Origin: a virus
Taxonomy: Duplodnaviria; Caudoviricetes
Strand: one strand, 5' to 3'
DNA: 64,000 nt
Virus record (IMG/VR): IMGVR_UViG_3300025838_000035
Location: 14,778-78,777 of that record
Shown here: positions 34,953 through 44,705 of the stretch, piece by piece
Numbering within the stretch: the first letter of the stretch is position 1
How the letters are laid out: each line of letters opens with the position of its first letter
Program-made: the position numbers and the translations under genes
The notes under the pieces: model-generated
Told to the model about the DNA's origin: nothing
Databases searched by the model: none
The model's input: the letters and a program-made list of their open reading frames with translations, nothing else

Positions 34953-35606
34953 TTACACCGTTTTTACTGCAATCCATGTTGCCGATTGAGTATCGTTAAC
35001 ATTTTCCCAAAAGTATCTACCAGCAAATGAATCAGTTGTTGAAATTGATTCTACTGTATTACCCACGAATTTACTATTGCCACCAACAACATCTGACAAA
35101 GTAACTGGCTCTGAAACCGCCCCAACAAATACACCTCGCATAGTAAAGTTGTCAGAGAAATTAATGGTTTCATTTACAGAACCATTTTGACCTCTAAATG
35201 CAGTTATGGCATCGCTTAAAGTAACAGTTTCAGATACCGATCCTGAAAAAGCTATACCTCCAACTTGTAAAACAGTTAAAGTTATAGTATCTGCAATAGA
35301 TCCTGCAAATGCACCTGCACCTGTATACGCATCAGAAAAGCTAAATGATTCAGGAACGGTTACATAAGAACCAAATCCACCTGTCTCAGCATCCGTAACT
35401 GTAATACTATCTGTTACAGTTTCATAGAAAATGAACGTTGCGGGCTCTAAATCTGTTAAGCTGAACGACTCAACTGTAGCTCCAACAAGGTATGATGAAG
35501 CGGACTCAACATCCGATAGCGTTACAGTTTCTGTAACCGCAACGGCATTGATAACAGTCGGATTCCCCGCAAAAGATGTTGCAGAAAATGATGTTATCCC
35601 AAACAT
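34953..35606 (-). CDS. Repetitive virion structural protein
   Basis: MFGITSFSATSFA, repeated VxETxTLSD units. Confidence 0.7.
   Translation of the reverse strand: MFGITSFSATSFAGNPTVINAVAVTETVTLSDVESASSYLVGATVESFSLTDLEPATFIFYETVTDSITVTDAETGGFGSYVTVPESFSFSDAYTGAGAFAGSIADTITLTVLQVGGIAFSGSVSETVTLSDAITAFRGQNGSVNETINFSDNFTMRGVFVGAVSEPVTLSDVVGGNSKFVGNTVESISTTDSFAGRYFWENVNDTQSATWIAVKTV
35490..35514. promoter_or_regulatory. 25-bp pseudo-palindrome site 5 (intragenic, hybrid half-sites)
   Basis: GTATGATGAAGCGGACTCAACATCC; encodes DVESASSY. Confidence 0.6.
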
Positions 35607-35607
35607 A

Positions 35608-37386
35608 TTAGAACTGGGTCTGTGAAGCTAATACGGTATAAGTAGCACTAGCTGTCTTAATGACCGTATAAGTATAAACATCAATGCCTGTTGCATAGCC
35701 TTTTGTAGGGGCTGAACCGCCTTGCCAATAAACAGTTACACCCGAAGCAGATCCATCCACGTTTACGGCAGTAGGATAATAGCTTGCGCCACTTGATCCT
35801 TGCGTCACAAGAATAGCAAATGTAGCAGCTTGGTTTGTAGACAAAGCACTATTCATTGTTGTGCCAGAGCTAAACGTCAAATTCTGCGTCCATGTTGCTG
35901 AGGCGGCAGTCGTGTAATAGCTTACTGATCCAGTATTCAAATAAGCCGTAGCATTAGCATTTACTGTTCCTGCAACCGTATTTACTGTTTCTGCTGCGTT
36001 AGCTAAGACTTCACCCAATACACTAGTTGATCCGCTAAACGTTTGTGTATTAGTCCAAGAATTAGCAGCGCTTAGAGAAACAGTAGACAATGTACCTGAT
36101 GTAGGCAAAGTTACTGAAGTTGAACCAGTAGCAGTCAATGTTATTGGATAGGCGCCAGAAGTAGCAAAGTTACCTGTTATTGTTATGGTGTTGGATCCAT
36201 TATTGACGCCAGTTCCACCATATGTACCAGTAATAACGTTAGCATTCCAAGTACCCGAAGTAACTGTTCCAACGGTAGTAATGCTTGCTGATCCAGCCAA
36301 AGGAGATGCGCCAATGGTGTTATAGGATAAAGTAACTGCGCCTGACCCGTTGTAAGTTGTACCCGAACTAGCACCAGATCCGCTATTGTTCAAGGTCAAA
36401 GAATTGGTTACTGATCCTGCGCTACCAGCAGTAGCAGCATTCAAGTTAGCCACTTGCGTTGTACTGGAAACCACGAATGGAGCAGTTCCTGTAGCAACTG
36501 TATTGGTCAATTGTCCAGACATACTCAAGGTTGTAACACCCTGAAGATACTGACCAGACATATTTAAACCTGCAGTACCCCAAGTTAAGGGTGCAGTAGA
36601 GCTATTTCCTGGAGGCAATAAATAGCCAGCCCAATTACCTGTAGCCGTGCTATTGGACAAAGAATAAATCCAACCAGCTCCACCAGGTATGGCAGTAGCT
36701 AAAGTATTTCCTGCGCTATCCTGAACTGTTACGTTTCCAGTTGAATCATTATCAACAATATATCCCATTGCAACGGGAATAGTTGTTTCATCTGGAAGTT
36801 TCAAAGTCTGTGTGCTTGTGCCACTAAAGTGCTGATACCTTGTACCAGATGCGGTAATAGTAGTTGTTCCAGCTGCGGTAACTACGTTGGTATATCCAGG
36901 TGCTTCATTATTCCAAGTGATATTGGAATTGGCATCTTTAGTCATTACACCACTTGCACCGTTAGCCGTATTGCCTAAAGCAGTAGCTACGCCAGTACCA
37001 AGCCCACTTACGCCAGTTGCAATAGGCAAATTAGTCGCATTGGTCAAAGTGCCAGAGCTTGGTGTACCCAAGGGGCCACCTGACCACAAGGCATACTCTG
37101 ATGGGTAAGTGATGAATACATTGACCGTTCCACTGAACGTGACCGCACTACCCGAATTGCTAGACGAGTAGATGGTTGTTCTACTTAGTGTAGGCCCAGT
37201 AGTGGAATACGTTCCAAGACCCACCTCCCAGTTACCAGCTCCGTCAAAAGCTGCGTAATAAGTGGTGTTGCCATTACCAACAACGGCAAACGACTGATAC
37301 CCAGTTACTGATCCACTTAATGTGAAACTAACTGTGGTGTTAGCCGATGCCGTCTGCTGAACTCGATCATATATTGCAAAAGCCAT
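35608..37386 (-). CDS. Tail fibre protein
   Basis: DRVQQTA...WEVGLGTYS...SRTTIYSSSNSG N-terminus; T/G/S-rich; shared C-terminal domain. Confidence 0.8.
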   Translation of the reverse strand: MAFAIYDRVQQTASANTTVSFTLSGSVTGYQSFAVVGNGNTTYYAAFDGAGNWEVGLGTYSTTGPTLSRTTIYSSSNSGSAVTFSGTVNVFITYPSEYALWSGGPLGTPSSGTLTNATNLPIATGVSGLGTGVATALGNTANGASGVMTKDANSNITWNNEAPGYTNVVTAAGTTTITASGTRYQHFSGTSTQTLKLPDETTIPVAMGYIVDNDSTGNVTVQDSAGNTLATAIPGGAGWIYSLSNSTATGNWAGYLLPPGNSSTAPLTWGTAGLNMSGQYLQGVTTLSMSGQLTNTVATGTAPFVVSSTTQVANLNAATAGSAGSVTNSLTLNNSGSGASSGTTYNGSGAVTLSYNTIGASPLAGSASITTVGTVTSGTWNANVITGTYGGTGVNNGSNTITITGNFATSGAYPITLTATGSTSVTLPTSGTLSTVSLSAANSWTNTQTFSGSTSVLGEVLANAAETVNTVAGTVNANATAYLNTGSVSYYTTAASATWTQNLTFSSGTTMNSALSTNQAATFAILVTQGSSGASYYPTAVNVDGSASGVTVYWQGGSAPTKGYATGIDVYTYTVIKTASATYTVLASQTQF

Positions 37387-37398
37387 CAGAGGCTCCTA

Positions 37399-37989
37399 TT
37401 AGCCTGCGGCTGATAATGTGTAGCTAACGTTGATTGTGTCACCATTACTGACTGTCTTTGATCCAGCAGTAAAGTTTCCAGCGCTGAACAATGTGCCTGT
37501 TGTGTTATCAATGGTTGATGAACCAGAGGCATTAATGAACGCACCGTACACAGTACCCGAGCTAGTCATGTTGAACACAACTGATGCGCTAGTAGCCAAT
37601 ACAGCTGGATTAGCCGTAGTGGTTGTGGTAAAGCTAGGTGTCTTGCGTGTGCCAGAATAGGTAGGAGCATTCGTTCCGCCAACTTCCAACCAACCAGAAT
37701 GGCTTGATTGTGTGTCTGTATAGGCAGGAGTAGATGAACCACCGCTTGCACCCATCAAACCCATCACAATTGCATTAGTTGAAGCAGGACTTACAAAGTA
37801 AAACTGCAATAAGTTCTGACGGCCAACGTTAGTGGTCAAGTTTTGAATCGTATCTTGCCACTTGATGTTTCCATCTTTGTCGTAACAAACCGCTTCATAG
37901 ACTCCTTCTAAGCCCATGATCTCGGTTGTGCCTGCGCCACGAGTGACTGTAGCATCACAAGTATCTCCAAATTTTGCTATTTCGCTCAT
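37399..37989 (-). CDS. Virion structural protein
   Basis: DGNIKWQDTIQNLTTNVG...GTLFSAGNF...GDTINVSYT. Confidence 0.7.
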   Translation of the reverse strand: MSEIAKFGDTCDATVTRGAGTTEIMGLEGVYEAVCYDKDGNIKWQDTIQNLTTNVGRQNLLQFYFVSPASTNAIVMGLMGASGGSSTPAYTDTQSSHSGWLEVGGTNAPTYSGTRKTPSFTTTTTANPAVLATSASVVFNMTSSGTVYGAFINASGSSTIDNTTGTLFSAGNFTAGSKTVSNGDTINVSYTLSAAG

Positions 37990-37998
37990 AAAAACTCC

Positions 37999-38418
37999 TT
38001 AAGATATCCTTAATAATGCTGTCGTATTTGTGTTCGCAGGCATCGTTACAGTAAAGGAATTACTGCAAGTTTTGTCTGAACCAAAGTTTAACACAGCGAT
38101 TGACGCATTGTTCTTTGACTTATCATAGATCAATGCTCCTCTGCATGTAAACGCTGCTGGACTCCATACAACATTTGCCCAATTAATAAATACCGTGTTG
38201 CTCTGATTGTCAAAGCTCACCGATATATTGGTCATCAACTGACCGCCTGCCGTATAGCCTGTTCCTACCACCTCATTGACTGAAGTGTAGACCGCAGTTG
38301 TATTATCTAAGGCCGCATTACCGTTGTAAAGTGCCATGTAGATTTGATCTGTCTGCAAATTGATATTGCCCAACAAAGCATTGTAGGTAAACGAAGTGGT
38401 GACGGTTTGAACTATCAT
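37999..38418 (-). CDS. Virion structural protein
   Basis: MALY..NAALDNTTAVY..NEVVGTGYTAGG...RGALIY..VLNFGSDKT. Confidence 0.7.
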   Translation of the reverse strand: MIVQTVTTSFTYNALLGNINLQTDQIYMALYNGNAALDNTTAVYTSVNEVVGTGYTAGGQLMTNISVSFDNQSNTVFINWANVVWSPAAFTCRGALIYDKSKNNASIAVLNFGSDKTCSNSFTVTMPANTNTTALLRIS

Positions 38419-39320
38419 TTAACTGGATACCTAACTTGACCATCTCTGTAAGCATCGCCACGGTCTTTGCCATCGCCCAATTGCTTGAGAAGAAGTAATG
38501 CCTCGTCATAACGTTTTGTATATACGGCCATGATATCCGCATCACCTTTCATAAAGGTGTAAGCCTCGATCAAAGAACCATATAGCAAAGACGATTCAAA
38601 ATTGTTACCCAACCAAGATGTACCAGATGGATTGGTTGTATTGGTCACACTAAACGTGCATCCTGAACCTTGTCCATTAATTGGAGAAATACTGCATACA
38701 TCTCCAACCAAATACAATGAACCGCCTGCATCAATCGTGACATTGGTAACTGATCCGCCAACCACGGTTACCGTAGCCAAAGCTCCTGATCCTGCTCCAC
38801 CAGTTACTGAAATGTTGTAGTAAGTGCCATTAGGATACCCAATTCCAGGTTGAGTAATGGACACCAAATACATACTTCCCTGAACAATAGAAGTAGGATA
38901 GTAGAAATAATGCAGTTCTACCTCATAGCTCTGATCTGGGGTTGGCCCCATCATAAAGGTAAGGAAATCTTCATTGTCTGATCTAGGCCCAAATATGGCG
39001 TAGTAGGCAGGAGTATTGTAGTAAGTTGGACTGGGGAAAGAAGCTCTGATGAAGTTAACATCCTTGTCTAGCAAGTAGTAATACTCACCAGTAGTAGGAT
39101 TAATTACCGCAAAAGAAAAGACAGACAAGAAATCCAAAGGAGCTTGCAAATACGGATTCTGTGCTGACAAATATGCAGTCACATTCCTTCTCAAAGACGG
39201 CAATTGAACAGAGTTTAATATCCTCTGTTCTGCGCTGATGATGAATGTGTTCAGCTCTACCTGAGTAAATGTATTCTCAGTGTAGTCCTGAATAGCATTT
39301 GTAAGCTGAATGTAGTTCAA
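38415..39320 (-). CDS. Head-tail adaptor / tail tubular protein with inserted beta domain
   Basis: MNYIQLTNAIQDYTEN...AEQRI...LLYGSLIEAYTFMKG...DAYRDG. Confidence 0.7.
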   Translation of the reverse strand: MNYIQLTNAIQDYTENTFTQVELNTFIISAEQRILNSVQLPSLRRNVTAYLSAQNPYLQAPLDFLSVFSFAVINPTTGEYYYLLDKDVNFIRASFPSPTYYNTPAYYAIFGPRSDNEDFLTFMMGPTPDQSYEVELHYFYYPTSIVQGSMYLVSITQPGIGYPNGTYYNISVTGGAGSGALATVTVVGGSVTNVTIDAGGSLYLVGDVCSISPINGQGSGCTFSVTNTTNPSGTSWLGNNFESSLLYGSLIEAYTFMKGDADIMAVYTKRYDEALLLLKQLGDGKDRGDAYRDGQVRYPVK

Positions 39321-39595
39321 GCCATTGGCCCTCTGGACATAATGCCCTTAGTAGCTGCACCAGTTCCACGAATCTTGATACCGCTTGTTTTGGGATGCTG
39401 CTCGCCTACAGTCTTGCTTACACCATTGACGGTCATGCTAAGATTCTCAAGCTTGCTGCGATCCACTCTGGAATCCAACTCAGGCATAGCCTCAATGTAA
39501 CGACCTGCATATTCCTCAGCAGGGCCATTATCAGGATTCTTGCCTACCTTTAGAGCTGGACTATTTTTAGTCGTTGCTTTAATTTGAGTAGCCAT
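39317..39595 (-). CDS. Small virion-block protein
   Basis: GIKIRGTGAATKGIMSRGPMA tail. Confidence 0.65.
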   Translation of the reverse strand: MATQIKATTKNSPALKVGKNPDNGPAEEYAGRYIEAMPELDSRVDRSKLENLSMTVNGVSKTVGEQHPKTSGIKIRGTGAATKGIMSRGPMA

Positions 39596-39783
39596 TATTT
39601 GCTCCCAGGTTTCTGGTTATGTGCTCTAGCCAAGTTACGACCAACTGCTTTCATAGCTTTACTGGTCACACCGCCTTTAGCCATTTTAGTAGGCTTAGCA
39701 CCTTTGTGCATGTGTTTTTCATGCTTGTGAACTTCTTTTGCAGCTTCTTTATCTGCAATCTTTGTTACTTGTTTCTTGTCCAT
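39595..39783 (-). CDS. Small basic His/Lys-rich protein
   Basis: VHKHEKHMHKG...KMAKGG...GRNLARA. Confidence 0.65.
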   Translation of the reverse strand: MDKKQVTKIADKEAAKEVHKHEKHMHKGAKPTKMAKGGVTSKAMKAVGRNLARAHNQKPGSK

Positions 39784-39792
39784 TTCAAACTC

Positions 39793-40221
39793 CTACGTTG
39801 TCGTGATTGTTACTGTACCTACTGCCCATTTAGGATTGAGATCATTTGGTGTCAAACCATCATCAAAGTTTCTCGATCCGCCAATAGGTTGCCACCCCCA
39901 TTGTATTTGCCTACTGCCGTCTTGTGGGAATCCTGACTGTTGCTTGCACGTTCCGCAACCAACTTGTGTCATTAAACCACTAACGCCAGACTGGTAATAG
40001 CTCTTGTCATTCCTTGGATCCCTGACCGCTTGTGGATCATTTACTGGATACAAACCTAACGACAACTGAGGCTGATCTGGATCCCAACATGTTGGACATA
40101 CCTTGATGTTGAAAAGCCGAGTCTTGATGATCTCTTTTTTTAGCTCCTTGAGCATGTAGCGCTGACCACACCGATCACACTCCGCAATTGCATACTTGCC
40201 TGATGCAAACCTATTTGGCAT
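39793..40221 (-). CDS. Zinc-finger virion-block protein
   Basis: ECDRCG...VCPTCWDPDQPQL. Confidence 0.7.
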   Translation of the reverse strand: MPNRFASGKYAIAECDRCGQRYMLKELKKEIIKTRLFNIKVCPTCWDPDQPQLSLGLYPVNDPQAVRDPRNDKSYYQSGVSGLMTQVGCGTCKQQSGFPQDGSRQIQWGWQPIGGSRNFDDGLTPNDLNPKWAVGTVTITTT

Positions 40222-40223
40222 GT

Positions 40224-41171
40224 CTATCTCACATAGAACATGTTGCGAGGTACAAATCGGACAGGAGCAGTCTCTCTATCCTCTTGAGCCGCTAGATCAT
40301 ACTGCTGTTCATAATCCGCCTTCAATCCCATGATTCTGTTTGGATCAGTACCAGGTATCTTCATTGATAGGTAATATGAAAGTCCTGCAACCATTGCAGG
40401 GATAAATCTGAACGGTATATCTTGTATCTCGATACCATTGCCCGAATCTTGGACTCTACGCATTCTCCAATATACGAATACATATCCACCCCCTGCATTT
40501 GGTGCTGGCCATACATTAATGTTTGGCAACCAATTCTGGTATACCAAAGTCCCCACACTATGGTCTGCGGCAGTTGTTCCGTTTTGTCCACGGAAACAGT
40601 TCTGCAACTGCGTACCATAGTTAACATTGGAATAGTAAATAGTCTCATTGTCTAGGTTGATAAACCCTGATGAGGCTAAAGGAGTAGTCGTAGTGACGTT
40701 AATAACAGTATCTGTAGACAAGACTGCACTAGAAACTGTTACCGATGTAGCGTTTACATTACCGCTTTGACGGTTAAACCATACCTGAATAGGACGTCCT
40801 TGCGTCAATTTATTAGGTAAAGTCGAGTATGTTGATTCAGAAATACGGCTGATATTGACGTCTGTTTGGTTGGACGTATTGCCCTGATACTGTCGAATCA
40901 CATGATCCAACAAGTCAATCGTATCAACTGGGACGGGATAAGCTACCTGTCCAGTTACCATTGGAATAGCGCCTTCTTCAACCGTCCACAAATTAATGCC
41001 TCGGTTAGCCCATTCAATGGTCAATAGATTCAAACTGCGCCTTGCAGTCCTAAGATCATATCCAGTACGCAACTGAGAACCACAACGCTCAAAAGCCTCC
41101 TCAACTAAATCATTTACATTTAGATTAAAGGAGGTCGTTCCAGTAGTCGTTGTGGATATTGGATAGCTCAT
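40224..41171 (-). CDS. Head-to-tail connector / tail tubular protein
   Basis: LVEEAFERCG..GYDLRTARRSLNLLTIEWANRGINLW...PFRFIPAMVAGLSYY. Confidence 0.72.
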   Translation of the reverse strand: MSYPISTTTTGTTSFNLNVNDLVEEAFERCGSQLRTGYDLRTARRSLNLLTIEWANRGINLWTVEEGAIPMVTGQVAYPVPVDTIDLLDHVIRQYQGNTSNQTDVNISRISESTYSTLPNKLTQGRPIQVWFNRQSGNVNATSVTVSSAVLSTDTVINVTTTTPLASSGFINLDNETIYYSNVNYGTQLQNCFRGQNGTTAADHSVGTLVYQNWLPNINVWPAPNAGGGYVFVYWRMRRVQDSGNGIEIQDIPFRFIPAMVAGLSYYLSMKIPGTDPNRIMGLKADYEQQYDLAAQEDRETAPVRFVPRNMFYVR

Positions 41172-41419
41172 TTGCTTGCCATTCTCATGTTGTCAACCAA
41201 ATTTGGATATCTTCTGCCAGCTTTCTTAGCAGCCTTTTTAGCAGCCGCTTTCTTTTCTGGACTAAGCTTTTTATGTTTTGTTTTGGGGTTGGGTTTATCC
41301 CAGACAGCGCCGCCTTCTTTGTAGACCTCTACATCGTTAGGATTATCCTTACGATGTATGATCTTCTTACCAGGCATTTTAGAGGGATTGATATCCCCCA
41401 TGCCGCGGCTTGCCATCAT
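41168..41419 (-). CDS. Small basic protein
   Basis: MASRGMGDINPSK...YPNLVDNM. Confidence 0.65.
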   Translation of the reverse strand: MMASRGMGDINPSKMPGKKIIHRKDNPNDVEVYKEGGAVWDKPNPKTKHKKLSPEKKAAAKKAAKKAGRRYPNLVDNMRMASK

Positions 41420-41943
41420 CAGCAGATTCTCCCTTTGGTACGGCCCTTCATGGCAATACCGTCTGCACGTTTAGATGCTGAGCTAACATGACCACCAGAA
41501 GCCATCTTCTTAACGTGATGATGCTTAACCTTACCACCCTTTTTCATGGGCATACCAAGCATACTCATGTCTTTAGGCTCATCTGTTGGAGGAGCTTTTC
41601 CTGCGTAGGTGAATCCCATAGAGTCATCATCAGGCATCGTAGGTTTTCTAGAAACATAGTTGGCCGTAGTCATTTCTTGACCTGCCTTGTTTCCAGCGTA
41701 ATCAGATTGTGCTTTGTTCAAATTACGAACAATAGCCTCTCTTTCTTCGCCTGAAGCTGCTGACTTCTTAGCCGCATCAAGTGCATTCTTGTAGAAAGCA
41801 ATGTTCTTACCCTGAGTTTCTCTCTCAGTATCAGGCATTTCTTCCTTCATCTTAGTGGTGTAAGTTTTACCATTAAAGGTAAAAGTCTTATCACCTGCAT
41901 CTCTTGCTGCTCTAAAAGCTTTACCAAATGCACTTGTTGCCAT
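41419..41943 (-). CDS. Basic virion-block protein
   Basis: FGKAFRAARDAGDKTFTFNGKTYTT; RADGIAMKGRTKGR tail. Confidence 0.7.
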   Translation of the reverse strand: MATSAFGKAFRAARDAGDKTFTFNGKTYTTKMKEEMPDTERETQGKNIAFYKNALDAAKKSAASGEEREAIVRNLNKAQSDYAGNKAGQEMTTANYVSRKPTMPDDDSMGFTYAGKAPPTDEPKDMSMLGMPMKKGGKVKHHHVKKMASGGHVSSASKRADGIAMKGRTKGRIC

Positions 41944-41952
41944 GATAGCTCC

Positions 41953-42156
41953 TTACTTGTGACTCATGCCACCGTAGCACATAGCTTTAACGTGCTCGTG
42001 GTGCATCTTGTGACCATGACTATGCTCATGGTACATGTGCTTTACTTTGTGTTGCTCATGCATATGATCATGTCCATGACCGTAGTGGTGCTCAACGTGA
42101 TCCACATTGTGCTTGTGGTGTGGAGCTGCTTCGTGCATTTCTTTGTGGTGTTTCAT
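41953..42156 (-). CDS. His-rich protein (23 His in 67 aa)
   Basis: Hand count; AAGGAG RBS. Confidence 0.7.
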   Translation of the reverse strand: MKHHKEMHEAAPHHKHNVDHVEHHYGHGHDHMHEQHKVKHMYHEHSHGHKMHHEHVKAMCYGGMSHK

Positions 42157-42836
42157 TAGATCATCCTACCTTTCATCTTAGGTTGCATTGCCTTTGTGTG
42201 GCCCTTCTTTTGAACAGGGTGCTCACCATGTTTCAAATGACCGCCAGCTTCAACGTGCTTCATGTGTGTTTCTTTAACATGACCGCCAGTAGCCATTTTC
42301 TTCACATGAGCTTTACCGCCATGCTTATAGTTACCAACGTCATTGCCCTTCATCTTTTCTTCCAAAGCACGGGTATGACCACGCTTTTGAACAGCATGTT
42401 CACCATGCTTAAGATGCTTTTCACCTGCTTCAATTTCAGGATCCTCAACTGGGCCACCGTGAGCCATCTTCTTCGTGCCACCTTTGTGCATATGGAGATG
42501 ATGCTCTGCCATAGCCAAGTGATGATGAGCTAATGTCTTATGGTGTTCTTTGCTCAAGCCACCATGCTTCATGCCCATAGGAGCAGCACCAGGCATTTGA
42601 GCTCCCATCATAGGAGTAGCAGCTACCGTAGGAGCTGGACGTCTTGCGGCCATCTTCATGGCTCTAACTGCGTTAGGATTGATTGGCATATCTCCACCTT
42701 TTCTAAAATGTTTGCCTTTATCGGCTTCTACAAAGTCCTTACCCACGGATTGCGGTATTCCTACCTTCTTGGCCATCTTTGGATTGTGGGCAACCATTTC
42801 CATAAGACGGTGTTGCTTAGCTGATTTACTTGGCAT
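42156..42836 (-). CDS. His/Lys/Met-rich protein with internal duplication
   Basis: MPSKSAKQHRLMEMVAHNP start; HLKHGEHxVQKxGHTxA repeated twice. Confidence 0.7.
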   Translation of the reverse strand: MPSKSAKQHRLMEMVAHNPKMAKKVGIPQSVGKDFVEADKGKHFRKGGDMPINPNAVRAMKMAARRPAPTVAATPMMGAQMPGAAPMGMKHGGLSKEHHKTLAHHHLAMAEHHLHMHKGGTKKMAHGGPVEDPEIEAGEKHLKHGEHAVQKRGHTRALEEKMKGNDVGNYKHGGKAHVKKMATGGHVKETHMKHVEAGGHLKHGEHPVQKKGHTKAMQPKMKGRMI

Positions 42837-42837
42837 A

Positions 42838-43083
42838 TCAACAGTTCCAAGCTCTCAAAGACTTGTTGATCCTACTATTAGGATCTTTTGCAGTCTTTGT
42901 TGAAGTTAATTCTCTCTTCATGCCTTCCATTCTGGCGCAGAAAGAATCCCTACGCTTACCGCCTTTTGGCTGGGGAGGTTTTAAATTCATCCCCTGTTTC
43001 TTAGCGGAAGCACGACCCTTTGCGTTTAAACCGCCGTTCGGGTTCTTACCCTCTTTGCGTTGCCAAGCTGGGGTCGTTGCCAT
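42838..43083 (-). CDS. Small basic conserved phage protein (DUF6321-like)
   Basis: PAWQRKEGKNPNGGLNAKGRAS...RRDSFCARM...SRINKSLRAWNC. Confidence 0.7.
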   Translation of the reverse strand: MATTPAWQRKEGKNPNGGLNAKGRASAKKQGMNLKPPQPKGGKRRDSFCARMEGMKRELTSTKTAKDPNSRINKSLRAWNC

Positions 43084-43084
43084 G

Positions 43085-43867
43085 TTATGCGCTTCCAGAG
43101 TCCGAGTTGAAAACCTGATATCCCTCAACAACAATACCAGCACCAACTGTTCCTGTGCCAATCTTTAGCTGATACTGAATATCAGTCTTAGGGCCAAACT
43201 GGAATGGAATACTTTTGGTCACAATAAAGTTATTGACGAAAGGCTCTTGCAACACACTTAACTGAGCACCAGAAATACTGTTATAAGATACAGCTTGATA
43301 TACAAGTGTAGATGTTCCTGATGCCGTGTAAGCGTTGTTAGTGTTAATTGTTACTTGAGTAAAGTAAAAATTACAGTTGTTTGGAACGGTATAAACCGCC
43401 ATCTGACTCTTGCCAATACCAGCATTAATGTACGCATAAACATTGGTGTTTGTTGCTGTACAAGTAATCTGACCAATATTGGTTTTTTGTGATCCAGCTG
43501 GGGTGTTTAAAACCAATCCCTGAATTCTTAGATAGTTATTTACAGTAGTAGCAGTAGCTCCAGAGCCACCACTAGCCATAATAACAATCTCAGAAATAGG
43601 ATTAAAGTTCTTGTCCAAACCATTAACAATAATAGTTGCACCAACATCTGATGCGCTATTACTGCCAATCGTCATTACAGAAGGACTGGTCAAATAAGCT
43701 GGATATGTAGCAGCAGTTTCCCAAATTGGAATGAATGAAGTTCCAACTGATGCTTGATATCCAAAAATATTAATAGCACTGTGTTGTGCTATCTGACCAC
43801 GAGCTACTTGTAGGGCAAACGGTTCCGTCTTCCCGTTACGGGTGATGGAAGAAGTTTGTGCAGACAT
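43085..43867 (-). CDS. Virion structural protein
   Basis: EPFALQVARGQI...NIFGY...IWE. Confidence 0.65.
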   Translation of the reverse strand: MSAQTSSITRNGKTEPFALQVARGQIAQHSAINIFGYQASVGTSFIPIWETAATYPAYLTSPSVMTIGSNSASDVGATIIVNGLDKNFNPISEIVIMASGGSGATATTVNNYLRIQGLVLNTPAGSQKTNIGQITCTATNTNVYAYINAGIGKSQMAVYTVPNNCNFYFTQVTINTNNAYTASGTSTLVYQAVSYNSISGAQLSVLQEPFVNNFIVTKSIPFQFGPKTDIQYQLKIGTGTVGAGIVVEGYQVFNSDSGSA

Positions 43868-43881
43868 AATTAATCTCCTTT

Positions 43882-43902
43882 AAAGAGGGGGCCGAAGCCC
43901 CC
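43882..43902 (-). terminator. Intrinsic terminator
   Basis: GGGGGC-TTCG-GCCCCC-TCTTT. Confidence 0.75.
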
Positions 43903-43908
43903 GATTAA

Positions 43909-44622
43909 TTAGTCAAAGTTACCGTAGGGGTAAGTTGTAGAGTTACCGATGTTCATGTCATTCTGGTTGTAACGAATTGTTACTTCAACTTGACCAGAAG
44001 AAAGACCAGCTACTGAAGTAGTCATCTTCAATGTAACAACAACTTGAGAGAACCATGAAGGTTGTTGACCAGGCTGCAAGTTTTGGAAATCTTGCAATGT
44101 GGCGTTGCTGTTTGTTAACTGTGAGCCAACATAAGTACCTGTGTATCTTTGAGCAGCAGGGCTAGAGATATTGGCAAATGTTGCATACACGCCAGTAGAT
44201 GTTGCAAAGTTATTTGAAACATAAGGCTGGATAGCGGTCACAGCCAAAGGTGTGCCAGCACTATCTTTAGGTATTGTACCAATGTCAAGGATAACATCGG
44301 TAATGTTACAGCTATAGGGCAAATAGAATACTACGCCACGATAAACTGTAGTTGTAGCATCAGCCGTAGGAGCCGTAGCTACCGTTGGGCCTGTTGCGCT
44401 ATACACGCCAGATTGAGGCGTATAAATAACACCATTGCTATTTGGAATGTTGTTCGAAGCTACAAACTGACCAGAACCACCACCATAGTTAGCGGTATTA
44501 GCCGTTGTAACTGAAAAATCCAATAGAGCTGTTTGAACTAAATCTGTATAGCCAATATCTCTAACGGGGCCAAATCTATTGTCACCCGATAGGATTGGGC
44601 CTTCAAAGGTACTGCGTCCCAT
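43909..44622 (-). CDS. Virion structural protein downstream of MCP
   Basis: MGRSTFEGPILSG start; beta-rich. Confidence 0.7.
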   Translation of the reverse strand: MGRSTFEGPILSGDNRFGPVRDIGYTDLVQTALLDFSVTTANTANYGGGSGQFVASNNIPNSNGVIYTPQSGVYSATGPTVATAPTADATTTVYRGVVFYLPYSCNITDVILDIGTIPKDSAGTPLAVTAIQPYVSNNFATSTGVYATFANISSPAAQRYTGTYVGSQLTNSNATLQDFQNLQPGQQPSWFSQVVVTLKMTTSVAGLSSGQVEVTIRYNQNDMNIGNSTTYPYGNFD

Positions 44623-44639
44623 AATAATTCCTTATGCAA

Positions 44640-44705
44640 AAGTCTCTTGTTAATCGTTGCATCGTCTGCTGGGCCAGTAGCAACAAGAGGAAAACTCCCA
44701 GATGC
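44640..44705 (-). ncRNA. Candidate pseudoknot leader RNA
   Basis: GCATCTGGG pairs with CCCAG..GATGC; loop CTCTTGTT pairs with downstream AACAAGAG just before the RBS of 43909-44622. Confidence 0.5.

Noticed and set aside
44640-44705. HDV-like/theta ribozyme call
   Set aside because: Similar nesting, but the P3/L3 and P1.1 consensus are missing; kept only as a generic pseudoknot.
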